The notes beneath the pieces were generated by a model. That model was not told the DNA's origin. It saw nothing but the letters and a program-made list of their open reading frames with translations, and made no database searches. Of a stretch of 20,000 bases of DNA, positions 1 through 12,706 are shown piece by piece (the stretch's first letter is position 1; the number at the start of each line of letters is the position of its first letter). Made by a program: the position numbers and the translations under genes. The DNA comes from Chromera velia (Eukaryota), in contig JAHBMJ010000245.1 in NCBI GenBank assembly GCA_018398765.1, positions 112,112 through 132,111 of the forward strand, written 5' to 3'.

Positions 1-1324
1 TCAGAGTTTACATCGCTGTGCCTGAGACCTCAAGTCCCCAAGTTCTTTGCGTATCCCACTGTCGGTAACCTATAGGTCCAAGTCAAACGACTGTAACCGT
101 CATGTAACCGTCTGTTAGTACCAATCATCATCATGTTTAGTGACACGTTATGAAATCAATGCAAAAAATATACATGAATAAAAGGTTTTCTATATACTGC
201 ATGCATATTACTAGGCGTATTTAACGCCGTATTATTATTTGCGTGACTTGTGACTCCAAGTCTAGCTCCGAGTCTAGTCAGTGACTATAAGTCCAGTCAT
301 GACTCAAGAGTCTAGTCATGAGTTACCTAACTTAGCTTGCGTACGCGTGTCCTCAGGCTTTTATATCCAAATTTGATTTAATTCAATTTTAATTAAATTT
401 CAATTCAATTTCTGTAATTAAAATTCACATGCGCGATGGGGTATGAAACCGTATAATGATGCTCTGGAGCCTCTGCGGGGACTTAATTCCATGATGTTAT
501 ATGCCAAGTAAAAGAAATATAGTTAAGAACATTTACACATATATTTGATACATATAATTAATTTTAGATGATACTAGAAATGATATTCACACACTTATGA
601 TATTAATATATTACTTTAGCTTTAAGTAAAACTTTAGTCTTCATTGACTCTTCAGTCTCTAGACTTTGGTATTACTTCCTATATAAAGATACGGGCAAAG
701 TAGGGCAAACAAAATGCACGCTAGTGTGCAAGACCTAGAAATGCTCGAGACATGTTAACAAAATTTATTTCTTGTGTGTTCGAATACTTGTAGGCCGTTT
801 CAGCTATCATAACACGTTCTAAGACACGTTTCTCCACGGATCCGGAGTCGATCTTTTGTAATCTTCTGTGGTAAAATCTTAATTGAACTCAACCTCAGAC
901 TGGCCTGCAGTCTCAGCCACTCGATTGAATTCCCAATTTAACAATCCTCGGTAGGATATTGATTCAGGTACGGAGAAAAATTTGCGTCATCTTCCAGTCC
1001 GCTTCAAGTGGAGTAGTGGACTACATTCCATTAAGTACTTTCTGCCTGCCCAAAGAAGAAAAGAGCCTGAGGCAAGGGCAGAGCATGCACACAATCAGAA
1101 CAGACGTGCATTTTGTTTTCATGGAATCAAAACTTGCAGGAAGAATCGAGCAGCACCAGCATTCAATTTGGCACGAAGAGCAATGATCGAGAGCCAATGA
1201 CATGAAGATGAAACGAAAATAAAGGAAAAAGCGGGGAAGAGGAGAGGAAAGAAGAACATCGGCATATAACAAAAAACTCAGGCATCCAAAAATCGCAAAA
1301 CTGCTTCATCAAGCCCCCCTTTCC

Positions 1325-3583
1325 TCAGGCAAGGACCAACGAAAAGCAGTTTAGCTCGGCCACTCCTTGTCGGAGTTGCTTTCGCCCACTCCCCGAGAGA
1401 CCGTCAAGAGCCGCCTTGTGCAGTTCAAAATCCAAAGGAACGCCTCGTTCCTCAACCTTTCCCCCTATTTTCAAAATCACGTCAACCAGATCATTAGTGA
1501 TAATTCTCATACAGACGACGAAGGACACCCTTACAAGAGACAACATACCGCCCTCTTGCATGGACTTAGAGAGTGCTTTCACGGTGTCCGATGTAACTTG
1601 TGTCTCTGCAAAAATGAGCGTTTTCAGACCTTTCATACCCCCCAGTGCCTCCATCAACATCACTGCCCCCTTGTCCGTCAAGCCGGTTCCCGACAGGTCG
1701 ACGTGCTGCACTGCACCCCCTCTGCCCTCACCTTCCACATTCCCAATTGCCTTCTGCTCTCCCTTCTGTATGGAGAGGAAGTGTCTGAACAGACCGCAAA
1801 GACTTGCCGCGTCTTCGTCTGAGAACTGTGCGCGACCCGCGAAGGAGACGCGAAGCATGCTGCGAGCACTGCGGGAGATGAACTGCTTATACAGAGACTT
1901 CACAGTCGCTGCGTCTGCCCCTTCTTTGAATTTCTTTTTCTTTAAAAAAGAGTTGAACTGCTCCGGAGAGAAGGCGACCTGCACGGGCTGCTGACTCAGG
2001 GAGAGAGCAGCCGAGTGACTTTCGTCGTTTGTCTCACATTCATTTTGCGGAGTGGGCAACCTGGTGGGCAACTCGCAAATCAAACGGCTAGGCTTGAAAC
2101 ATGTCACGCAGGTCTCGAGGGTAGGCCACCCCCTTTCTCCGTATGGGAGCGGATTGGGAGACTTTGGAGGGACTCCTGTGGACCGGAAGACGCGTGTGTG
2201 GGGACTGCTGTAGAGGAGGTCCATTTGTTGGAGGGCTTGTTGGAAGGAGGAGTACTGCTCCCCGTCTCGGGGCCACTGGTAAAGGGACATGAAGTCCCAA
2301 AAGACGAACACTCGCTCTGCATTCTCCCCCTCTGCCCACCACTGAAGATTTAGGGCCTCTACTAGGAGGCGCAGGTGGAACATCTCGGGATCGGGGTGAG
2401 TCTGGGAGAGCCAGCTGAAGGATAGGCAGACTACGGTGAATCCACCTATCTGAGGAAAGCCGGTCTTTGCACTCTCTGCTGCGGCCTGCAGAGTATTCTG
2501 TGCGGCTGCCTCTTCCATTCCGAGCTCTTTCAGCACCCCCAGCACATCTTGCCGTCGGGGAACCGGGCGTCCCTTCTGAAGAAGAAGGCGGAGGACTGGC
2601 AAGGGCCAGAGAGCAATGGCGCCTTGGACAATGAGCTCTTGGATCAGCTTCCATGATTCTGTCTGTGCTGCCATCCAATCAACGGAGGGCTCATCAAGAA
2701 GAGAGGGAGTCATGCCTGCAAGCAAATCCCGAATCTTCAGATGCCGCATGGAGGCTGCCATCTTGACTGCTGTGCTGCCGTCTGGAGCGGTGATGGCGGG
2801 GTCTGCACCGTGCTGCAGGAGCATGATGACCACATCCAGATACCCGTTCTGAGCTGCATACATGAGGGCAGTACAACCCATGATGTTTTTCTCATCCATC
2901 TGTGCCTTCTCTCGGACGAGAAGGCTGATCACCTCCGGGTGGCCATCGTGTGCAGCCAGCATCAGAGAATTGTACCCTCCCCAGGTTTTCACATTCACCC
3001 CTGCCTTCTCTCTCAACAACACGGCCATTACATCGGCGTGCCCCTTGCTAGAGGCCATCATCAGAGCTGTGAAGCCACCGTTATTTTTCCGATGGACATC
3101 CGCTCTGTGTCTCACTAACAGACACACCACATCAGTGTGTCCGTTCTGAGCTGCCAACATCAGGGAGGTGCTTCCATCTTTTCTTTTCTGGTTGACATCA
3201 ACTTTCTCTCGCAGCAGCAGAGCTACCACTTCTGGGTGTCCGTGTTGGGCTGCCATGATGAGAGCGGTGGTGCCACCCTTGGTGAGGCCCAGCTTTGCCT
3301 TCTTTTGTAGCAGAAATTCCACAACCACACAGTGCCCCTTCTCTGCAGCGAGCATCAGGGCCGTGAACCCGCCTCCTGCAAGTAGAAAAGCGGGAGGGAT
3401 GAGCGGAGAGAAATGGATGCACAGTCATACCACGGGAAAACGTGTGGCAAAAGCCACTACGGAGGAGGAAATGTAGATCCCTTGATGTGCCATACAATCG
3501 GACAGACCGAGAGACAGATAGATGGACACATAAACGCAAAGAGAAACAGACAGACAGGTAGATACACAGACAGAGAGACAGAC

Positions 3584-3620
<37 letters not shown>

Positions 3621-4789
3621 CAGACAGGCAGACAGACAGACAGACAGACACTCAGACACTCAGACACTCAGACAGACAGAGACACAGACACAGACACACA
3701 GACACACACACAGACACACAGACACACAGACACAGAGACAGACACAGAGACAGACACAGACACAGAGACAGACACAGAGACAGACACAGAGACAGACACA
3801 GAGACAGACACAGAGACAGACACAGAGACAGACACAGAGACACACAGACACACAGACACACAGACACACAGACGCACAGACGCACAGACACACAGACACA
3901 CAGACACAGACACATACACAGACACAGACACACACAGAGACAGAGACATAGACAGACACAGACACAGACACACAGTCGTCAGACAAGAGGTCAACACATA
4001 TGCTGGAAGAAAGCACAGAGCGGTATGGCTGCGCAAGAAACAAAAGCAAAAAAGCGGGGGCGGCAGAAAGGCAGGGAGAGGTAAAGGGGGGGAAAGAAAG
4101 GAAGAGACCAGATGAAGAAAAGGAAAAAGGCACCAGTACAATGGAAATTGAAGAGTCAAAGAAGGAAATTCGAAGGAGACGAAGAAAGAAAGGAAGGAAC
4201 AAGAGATGGACGCTGGAGCCGGGAAGGGAGGAAGGAGGAAGTGTAGAAATAAAAGGGGGACAGAAAAAAAGAACCAAAACCCTGTCAAAGAAAAGAGCTG
4301 TCTGAAAAAACAAAACAGAGGACAGACCATCTCGAGCATTGAGAATTCCGGGACACTGCTGCAGTGCTTTCTTCAGTTCTCCAACCGCACTTCTCTCGAC
4401 GGCCTCAAACCATTCTCTGAAAGCAAATACACCGACACAGGGGAAGGTGCGTTGTGAAAACTACGGAGACTCTTCGAAAGGAAGCCTGAAACTGAAAAGG
4501 AGTGTCAATGGGCCGGAGCTTACTAAACCTTTCTACCGCTAAATGAAGAGAAAAAAGTAGAAGGTGAAGACTTGTCCTTTATGGACTTGCATACCCCGCA
4601 CGCAGGCAAGTCTACGCAGTCATGCAGCTGAGGCAGACGTGAATCTGCATGAATTGGCTCTAGCAATACATATTTGACGATGTCCTGCTTCGCTGCGTTT
4701 GCGTGCACCAAAAAGAAGTCGGATACTGGCGACTTCTTGAACTGCATGGATGTGCCTTACCGTTTTGGCTTGGACCCACTACATCCCAT
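1325..4789 (-). CDS. Spliced gene, about 722 aa: N-acylation motif, ankyrin repeats, HET/TIR-like domain and C-terminal LRRs. Exons are 4761-4789, 4328-4416 and 1325-3375.
   Basis: The exons join in frame through GT-AG sites (CG|gtaagg...tttcag|A and G|gtctgt...ttgcag|GA). This gives [54 protein letters not shown]... There are six full and one partial GxTALMxAAxxGH ankyrin repeats. HET-like motifs are LSFSW (2411-2425), FWDFMSLYQ (~2276-2302), MDLLYS and RGWPTLE (2114-2134). RI-like LRRs ([26 protein letters not shown]) lie at ~1500-1860. Confidence 0.85.
3545..3975. repeat. Compound microsatellite (ACAG/AC/ACACAG-based) in intron 2 of the ankyrin gene
   Basis: About 430 bp of AC/AG-rich tandem units, including the 12-mer gacacagagaca repeated several times. 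Confidence 0.95.
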
Positions 4790-5636
4790 CCTTCAAAATT
4801 TCCTTCTTGTACAGAAGGACACACGGGGACCAATCGAGTGCAGAGGAGAGAGTTCGGGCTGAAAGAGACCCTGCCGAAGCAGATTACGTGCACACAGAAG
4901 GAGAGCAAAGAAGACTTCAAAGCAACATCTGGGTACAAGAGACAAAGAGCTCTGCGGTGAGAAAGCGGCCAATCTAGTGTCACTTTGAACCTCTCTCTAC
5001 CAGTATGCAAGTGTGCCTTGAAGAAGCCTGCATGGGACGCATTCAAGAATCAGGATTCCGTTTTTGGTTAATTTTCTGGACGTACGTCTGGAAAATAACG
5101 AAGGTCAGACACTTTTCCTTGCATAATTCAATGCAAGGCAAGGGCCGGGAATTAAGTGCCTCGCGGCTTTCCGGGACCGCGCGCGTGAAACCAATTTTCG
5201 CTTTCCGGGCCATTCGCATGCAAGGCCCCCGATCGATCAGTCTGATCCTCTTTTCGATCGATCTGCTTGCAGTGGCGTACAGAAACTTGGGTCTGGATGC
5301 CAGACATCACGTACGTCGTCCGATCTACTGCTTTAGTCGTCGACACTCGAAGAGCATAGCATTGTGACTACACTCTGAGCTTCATCGCAGGTCTACCCAG
5401 AAGGAGCGTTTCCGCAACTTGCGGGCGTGGAATCTGTTTTTGTCTCCTTTGGCGCTTTCCACTTTTTTGTCTTTGACAGGTACCGTTTGTTGCCACTGCC
5501 ACTTGTTACTCCGGACTGCCTCAAATTTTCTCGTCTATTTATTAGCCTTTGGGCTTGTGCTGACCCCGTGGCGGTAGGCTGGTGCTTTATCTTTCCTTCC
5601 TGACGGCCGTCTTTCTTCCGAAGGAAAGCAGAAAAG
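4790..5636. promoter_or_regulatory. Intergenic region between divergent genes, probably a bidirectional promoter plus 5' UTRs
   Basis: About 850 bp between head-to-head start codons. A CpG-rich core at ~5140-5345 has palindromes GATCGATC (x2), ACGTACGT (x2) and CGCGCG. Confidence 0.45.
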
Positions 5637-8600
5637 ATGGAGCCAACGAAGGAGGAAGTGGAGACCAGACCCCAAGCACCATTGGAGGTGGCACAGTTCC
5701 TTCTACCCAGGCCTATGCCTTTCCAACAGAACATCCAAGGCCACCTTGTGGGCTACAATTTGTACACCCAACAGTCGGTCGCTGCTTTCCCTCTCCGATT
5801 TTCACTCCAGTCTCTTCGTACATTCTTTGCGTTCCTTTTTTCCTCATCAATTTGGGACAGACCATACCCACCTCGGCATTCAGATGAGAATCATCCCTCT
5901 CAAAGATCATCCCCGTATTTCTTCTGTCTTCTTGCAGATCTGCAGGAGCATGGAGGCAGAACATCGTCTATCAGCAGCCCGAGGCTGTGGGACCTTCACC
6001 ACATCCGCCACACCAACCCCCTCCTCACCCGGCTTTCTTCCCTTCCCCCTGGCCCCCTACTCATCACCATTTCATGCCACCCGCATTCACTTCCTTCACA
6101 GCCAGACTGAGCGAACCACCTCAGCCTCCTGTCTTTCCGGGACCACCGCACTCCCATTTCACCGCCACACATCCAGTCCCAACCCCCGTCCCTTCAGCAG
6201 CTAGGCATCGCGACCAAACGGCAACAGCCGCACCGACACCTGCACGACAGCCGGAACCAAGACAGCGGGAGGGCTATCTCGATCAGATACCCACCCCTGC
6301 TGCTCTACAAGGTATCGGTGAGATGGCAAGTCCGACAGGTGTGTCTCGTATGGCAAGTCCCCAAAGGTTCCGAGGCGCCTCCCCCCCTCCCATGGCCCGC
6401 TCCCGGCCCGTCCCTGTCCGATCCGAGACCGGGACCGCTCACACGGGACCGCTCCCACAGAGGGCCTCTATCCGTGTCACTCCAGCGCCAGGGGGGGGAA
6501 TTGCGGGAGCCCTTTCCCCCCGTATGCACCCAGGAGTGCCCCCCTTCGCCCAAGCCCTCCCCCTCCTTCCCCCTCCCGGAGACGGCAGACGCCCAGCACA
6601 GGCGTCTCCCCAACTGGGACCCACCCCCCCTCAGATGCCCCCTCCCCCCTTTGCACAACCCCGTTCCCACTTCCCCCCCCCCCTCATGGGTGGTATGCCA
6701 GACAGACGGACGGTCGCCTTCATGCCCCACGAAGGCCGGGGTCTTCTGCCCCCTCCCATGGTCCTGGGCACCCACACACCCCCACTGCCCCGTCCCATGG
6801 GAGGGCCCCCTGCGCCTCTTGCCGGGGCCCCTCCCCCAGGTGCATGGACCCCCATGATGCACGTCCCCCCCGTGCAGCAACCCGTACCTGCCGGGGACGT
6901 CCAACCCGAAGACGCTTCTCCTTTGCACGTGAAGGTCAAGACGGAGGAAGGGCCTGAGTCTGCCGTTGTGCAAAGAAAGGCACTGGTCGGAAGGAAGAAG
7001 GGGAAGCCTTCGAAAGACGAGGTACAACGTGCGAGAGACCAGGAGAAGCCGACTGCTGCGACAGAGGCCGACACACAGGATGATGGAGGTGCAGTGAGAG
7101 GAGGAGGGCCTGTGCCTGAGGCCGGACCCGTGCAGACCTCCAGGTCCCCTCGGAGGTCAAGGGGGCAGAGTGAGAAAGGAAAGGGGGTGGAGAAACCCAA
7201 AAGATCATCCAATCGGTCACCTAGAGTCCACAGGGAGACACAGGGAGTCCAGACAGCAATTGCACGTCTCCTCTCTCCCCGTCTCGACGAACCACGAAGG
7301 CCCACTCCCCCCCGTCGCCCCCCCCACGCCAACCTCTCTTCCCACCCTCCCCTCGAGACTCCCACCAGAGCCGGAGTCCTCCCGGTCCCCCTATCTCCCG
7401 ACGGTATCGTCAGAGGTCCAGAGCACATCGATGCAGCCCAAGTCGCTGCAAGAGATGCTCGTCACCTCCATCAGCAACAGCAGGCACAGCAACAGAGATC
7501 AGGAGAACCCCCCCTGACCCCCTCCCTAGTGCATCCAGGAGTCACAGGCACCCCCCACGTGCCGAAAGCGACCCCCTCCATCGAGCCAAAAAGTGCGGGC
7601 GAGTCTCTCATGACCTCGCCTCTTGTACCGGAGAGGGCTGTACAAGGGAGGGGGGGGGAGAGGGAGAGAGTGATGCTGGATGAGGAAGAGGATGAAGACG
7701 AAGACGAGGAAGAGGATGAGGAAGATGAGGAGGGGGAGGATGAGAGCAGTGGGGAGGAGGACGAAGAAGAGGAAGAAGAGTCGGAGGAGGAGGAAGAAGA
7801 GGAATATGAGGAGGGGCAAACCACAAGAAGAAATGAGGAGGCCACAGGGGACGCAGATGCAGAGGATGATGTCCAAGCTCCAGCCACAGAAGAAGTGATT
7901 GACCCCCGTGACCAGAGTCCAGCTGCTGCCGCTGCGGCGGCTGCCGGTGCAACGAGGAATAACGTGGAAGTGTCTTCCCCCCTCTTTGACAACCGTCAGC
8001 ATCAGAGCAGTCTCCTGAGTCTCCAGGCAGAATTGATCCAGGCAGAGGGGGTTCTTGACGAGGAAGAGGAAGAAGAAAGGCGCAAAGAACAGAACAGCAA
8101 CAGCAGCGAAAAATCCGAGTCTTCCCCCTCCATTGTCACAGGAGACACACCCATCCACGCCTCGGGCGATGCAGCTGGAGAGAAGGATGCAGAGGCAACG
8201 CCCCCTTCCCCCCCCCGTATTCTCTACTCTGACTACACCACACCGCAAGCAGAAGCTCAATCCTTTTCCCCGCCTTCGTTCGCAGCCGCTGCAGCAGCAG
8301 GGACGGTAGCAGATCCTTCGGTCGAATCAGCTAGAGAGTCTGAGGAGGTCGAAGCGGAAGAGGGGGGTGAGGAGGAGGAGAAGGAGGGCCCCGCACAGGA
8401 CAGGGACGCCCCCGCCGTTCCGGTACCTCCAGAGATGAGCATGGGGACCCGACAGGGCTCCACTCTCTCGGACGCTGCCGCCTGGGTGTTCATTGACCCC
8501 CAGGAGCTCCATACCCTCTCGCCGTCTCCTGCTAAACCGACGGAGACAGAGACGGGCTCTGCGACAGCAGCTGCGGCATCGGGAGAAGATCAGGAGGAAG

Positions 8601-8653
8601 AGGAAGGCGACAAAGAGGTGCGTGCGCGCAGGAGTCGTACTTGCATACATGTG

Positions 8654-8722
<69 letters not shown>

Positions 8723-9636
8723 GTGATGCTTAATCAGTCTGACTCTGTTTTAAAAGAACGAAGAGAAGGGTGTGCAGAGAACACAGGACAGCGAAAGACG
8801 AAGAGGAAGAATAAACGGAGGAATCTGTGCTGCCCAGGATCTTACGAACACAGATGAGATGCGCTGTTTTCTGTGTGTCTGCCTTTCTTTCTTCCTTTCT
8901 TCCTTCCTTCCTTTTTCTCTTTTTCTGTTTCTCGCTCTCTTTCTGTCTCTGTTCGCGGCGCCTCTCTCCCTGCCTTTGTGTCTCTCTGTGTGTCTCTCTG
9001 TATCCATGATGTATGTATGTGCGTATGTATGGGCTTGTCTTTGTTCTGTCTGTCTCGACCTTTCTTCTTCTATCTGTGGCTGCAGGAGGTCCCGTCTCCT
9101 CAGAGAGAGCCCGCCCCTTCAGCAGCAGGTGAGGGAGACGCCCCGAAGGAAACTGCACCAGCAGCAGCAGCAGCAGCAACGGCGACGCGAGGGGGACACG
9201 TTGCGGACAGATACCTCCACCACCTGAGTCAAAACAAGTCCAAGGTCAGTCAGCAAATGCGTCCCTTTCTCCCTTCTTCTATCACGCCTGTCGGTCGGTT
9301 TGCCTGTCTGTCTGCTGTCTGCTTGGACGGACACAATAGCGGGAAGAGAGAAAGAGGGAACGCAGAGTCCCCCCTTCGTTCCAGCCCGAAGTTCCCACTT
9401 GGCGTTTGACCACCGGATGCGATGCCGCCTTTGTCTGAACGATTGCGTTTCTCCTACCAGCCCCTTTCTGTCTGCCTGTCTGCCTTTCATCTGCTCATTT
9501 GTCAAATAACCTGCCTGCTTGTCTTTTTACACGTCTGCAGTCTTCACTGCAAGGTGTGGGCTCTCCGAAAAGTCCTTCCCCGCTCGAGAAGCTGGAGGTT
9601 CCAGAGGGAGCAGAGGAGGGACCGGGGGGGGACTGA
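5637..9636 (+). CDS. Spliced gene, about 1023 aa, for a Pro-rich, acidic, low-complexity protein of unknown function. Exons are 5637-5773, 5938-8617, 9086-9244 and 9541-9636.
   Basis: A 2.7-kb open frame ends at GAG|gtgcgt. The downstream exons are phase-consistent (ctgcag|GAGGTC...AAG|gtcagt and ctgcag|TCTTCA...GAC TGA). The exon 1 donor (CA|gtcggt) is less certain. The protein has poly-Pro, many SP/TP sites, a long E/D tract and poly-Ala, with no recognisable folded domain. Confidence 0.75.
8656..8720. repeat. (CT)n(GT)n intronic microsatellite
   Basis: Seen directly, just after the donor at 8618. Confidence 0.95.
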
Positions 9637-10189
9637 GAAATAGATAGAGCTTGGGAGGGGGGGAGGGAGGGAGGAGGAAGGGGCGAAGTCTCTCCAAGGG
9701 AAAGTATTTTAGACTCCAGATATACTTAGACTTAGACACACACACACAGAGGGGGGGGGCATCGAGCGAAGAAGGGTTCTTTCTCTTCTACGACCTCGCC
9801 CACCCCTGTCGGACTGCCATGACGGATCGATGCATCGGAGTTGTGGTCCTTCTCTTACTTAAGTGGCGTGGCAGCAAGAAGAAGGAAGGCATGGAGGAAA
9901 GAAAAGAAAAGGAGAGATGAGGGCGGGACAGGGATGGACAGGAAGAGCCGACCGAGAACTCTCCAATATTCTTTGACGTTCTGTGTTTGTCTCTTCCTCC
10001 ATTGTCCCTCTCCTCTCTTCCCAGTTTCTTTCTGCATGCGCTTCTGCTGGTCCTCTAACCTGTTCTGTTCTGCCCGACACCATGTCTTTATTTCTGCATT
10101 TTTGTGTCTCTCGTTTCATGATTTCGTGAGTTGACGAGGAGGGAAGACGGAAGCGGAGGAACCATCCGTTCGCAAACATACGTACATAC

Positions 10190-10211
10190 ACTCTCTCTCT
10201 CACACACACAG

Positions 10212-10264
<53 letters not shown>

Positions 10265-10266
10265 GA
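10190..10266. repeat. (CT)n(CA)n(GA)n compound microsatellite
   Basis: Seen directly. Confidence 0.95.
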
Positions 10267-11250
10267 TGAAGGGAGGCCGGAAGAAATGAAATCCTTTTAG
10301 CAGACGGGAGGGGACTGAAAGAAGAGTTGTGAAGAAGAAACGGGTGCACCTTTTGCTCCTTGTGTTGACGTGCAAATGCCTCCCTCCCCTGTCGTGTCAG
10401 AAGGAAGAAAGACAGGAAAGGAAAAATCTGTTCCTGTCTCTGTCCATGACACTCTCTCTTGTCAACGGTCTCTTTGCCAAATATTTGTCGGGTTGTTGGA
10501 GGAAGGAAAGAAGTAAGGCAGAGAGAAGGCAAAGAGTAGCCAGTAGCTCCTTCTGCCCGTGTCCTGATCAGCCCCCATTAAATAAACTGCATCTTGCTGA
10601 AGGCAAGGAAAGAAGCATCTTAGTCTGTGCCCACTTTCTTTCCATTTGTCTCGAACAAGTGCGCCGTCGCCTCTTTCCCAAAGAAAGAAGGGGGAGGGGG
10701 GACGGCATGCTTTTTGGGTGACCGCACTCACTAAGACGTTTGATGAATACATGGATGTTTGATTCAATTACTTACGTACTTGGTGGGCCTTCATGGTTTT
10801 TCAGTGTTCTTTGTGTCCCTGCGTTGCGTTGTTGTTGTTGTGTGCTGTGTGTTTCTTCTGACCTTCGTGCCGTGTCGTGTTCGATGAGTGCGCTGGTCGC
10901 CCCTTCGCCCTCTTCCCTGCTGATGCATGTGTGGTCTCTTCACCCGGATGGGCAATGAAAGTGGGAGAAGGGGGCTGTGCCCGATCCAACTAGACAACCA
11001 TATAGACGTGCAGATCAAAATTGATCGATCGATAGATCTGCGTCACAGAGGGCTTGCTTGCATGGGGTGACTGCCTAGTCTTCCTTCGATCGCTGCCTGC
11101 TGTGTTGTTTCTTGGATCAGTGTTCATGAGCGTGTGTACTTGTGGAGAGAGAAAAGAGGAGGGACCATCGACTCATCCCGCTTTTTGTTTCTTTTGTTGA
11201 TTGCGTCAGGCCTGCTTTTCTCTCCTCTTTCTTTCAAGGTGAACGAATGT

Positions 11251-11349
11251 CCTTTGTTGTACATGCGATGCCTTGCATGCATGCGTCTTTCTTTCTTGCC
11301 CTTTGTTGTACATGCGATGCCTTGCATGCATGCGTCTTTCTTTCTTGCC
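11251..11349. repeat. Perfect 49-bp tandem duplication containing TGCATGCA
   Basis: The unit cctttgttgtacatgcgatgccttgcatgcatgcgtctttctttcttgc occurs at 11251-11299 and 11300-11348. Confidence 0.9.
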
Positions 11350-12706
11350 ACCACTGCTCACTGTCGTTGTGAATGCATGGATCAGTTCTCAAATGAATGA
11401 GGGCACATATGTTTCCGGGAAGAACCAAATCGGTTTCTCCCTTCTTTTTTCGCGCACACACTAAATCCTTTTTGTGTCTGCATTCACGGAGAGCCGGACG
11501 GGAAGAATGCTTCTCTTGCTCATTTTTATTCGTTTCTTTCTTCTTCGGCCGTCGACCCACCTGTCGCTTTCAGCGCTTCCTCTCTGTCCCTTCCTTCCCC
11601 CCTCTAACTCTCCCTTGTGAGGTCCGGCAGTCGGGCTCTGTTCTGTTCGTGCTCATGGCCTGCTCCATTGGGGGGCTTGGAACTTGTACAGGCAATTAAT
11701 TGAAAAAGAAATCGGAGGGGAAGCAATCGAGTGAAAGACTGTGGGCAGTACCCACCTCGAGGGTGATCGAAAGACTGATAAGAGGCGGCAGAACGAACAT
11801 GGGTCGAAGTACAGGAAAGAAGCAGGTGGTCATAATGGAGAAAAGACGGTGCCTGACAATCAATATGTGTATGGCGATGTGTCAGAAAAATCATAGAAGG
11901 AATTAAGAGAAGGGAAGCACGAGGATGACATTTGGCGACACATGCCAATTCTATTGGTGTGATTTGTAAAGTTCTTTTTATATAACGGTCCGACCGCGGA
12001 CTTTACACGTTATCTAGCATATTGTAGTTGACATTTTAATTTTTTTTTTAAAAAAACAAGATTTTAAACCTTCAAAAAGAAAAAATAACAACTGACATAT
12101 TAAAAAATTATTAACTGTTATACACATTAATTTGTTTTTGAATCTTTTTAAATGTTTTTTAAATTAATAGAAAATTAACCTAGCTTCTAATAGATTTTTA
12201 AAATATTTTTTTGATCGATCCTAAAGTTATGTTTCGGAGTTTATATTCTTACGTGTACGTCGATGTGGTTAAACCCTTTCTGTCAGTGATAAGTGATTTA
12301 TTAGTGCCCTAGAGCACTGTTTATATATGTTCCGTGGCTCCTTTTCACGAGAATCTACCAGAGTATTTCTTTCTCATTCTTGGAAAAACCTAGGGAAAAA
12401 CCTTTTCAACTTAATATTTTTGCACTGATTTTACTGTATATTAAATTTTGTAATTAAGTACTCGTACGTAAGCCAAAAACTCAGACGCCATAAATATAAG
12501 TTCTAATAAGTTCAACACTCGTCCTGGTACAAATTTAAGCTACAAAATGGCCAAACCTAACGGGCCATCGAGTATATGCATCATCATCATCATTGTCAAA
12601 GTAGAATTTTAGTATAGGAATGCTACGGTGATCTAGCTAGTGATCTAGATTCTGATAAATTGTAAAAAATTTTAGAAAAATTTTTTTGGATTCAATCATA
12701 CTTAGC

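Noticed and set aside
3198..4339. Long ORFs of 150-220 aa (CLSV/TDRQ/VSVS repeats)
   Set aside because: They are translations of the intronic microsatellite.
6201..8650. Antisense and alternate-frame ORFs over gene 2
   Set aside because: They are shadows of a GC-rich, low-complexity coding exon.
8618..8857. C-terminal part of the 956-aa ORF (…SLSLSLCVCVCV…)
   Set aside because: It is read-through into an intron after the donor at 8618.
11984..12018. Helitron 3' end (GTCCG-ACCG-CGGAC hairpin, 12 nt, CTAG)
   Set aside because: CTAG is followed by C rather than T, no 5' end was identified, and there is only one instance.
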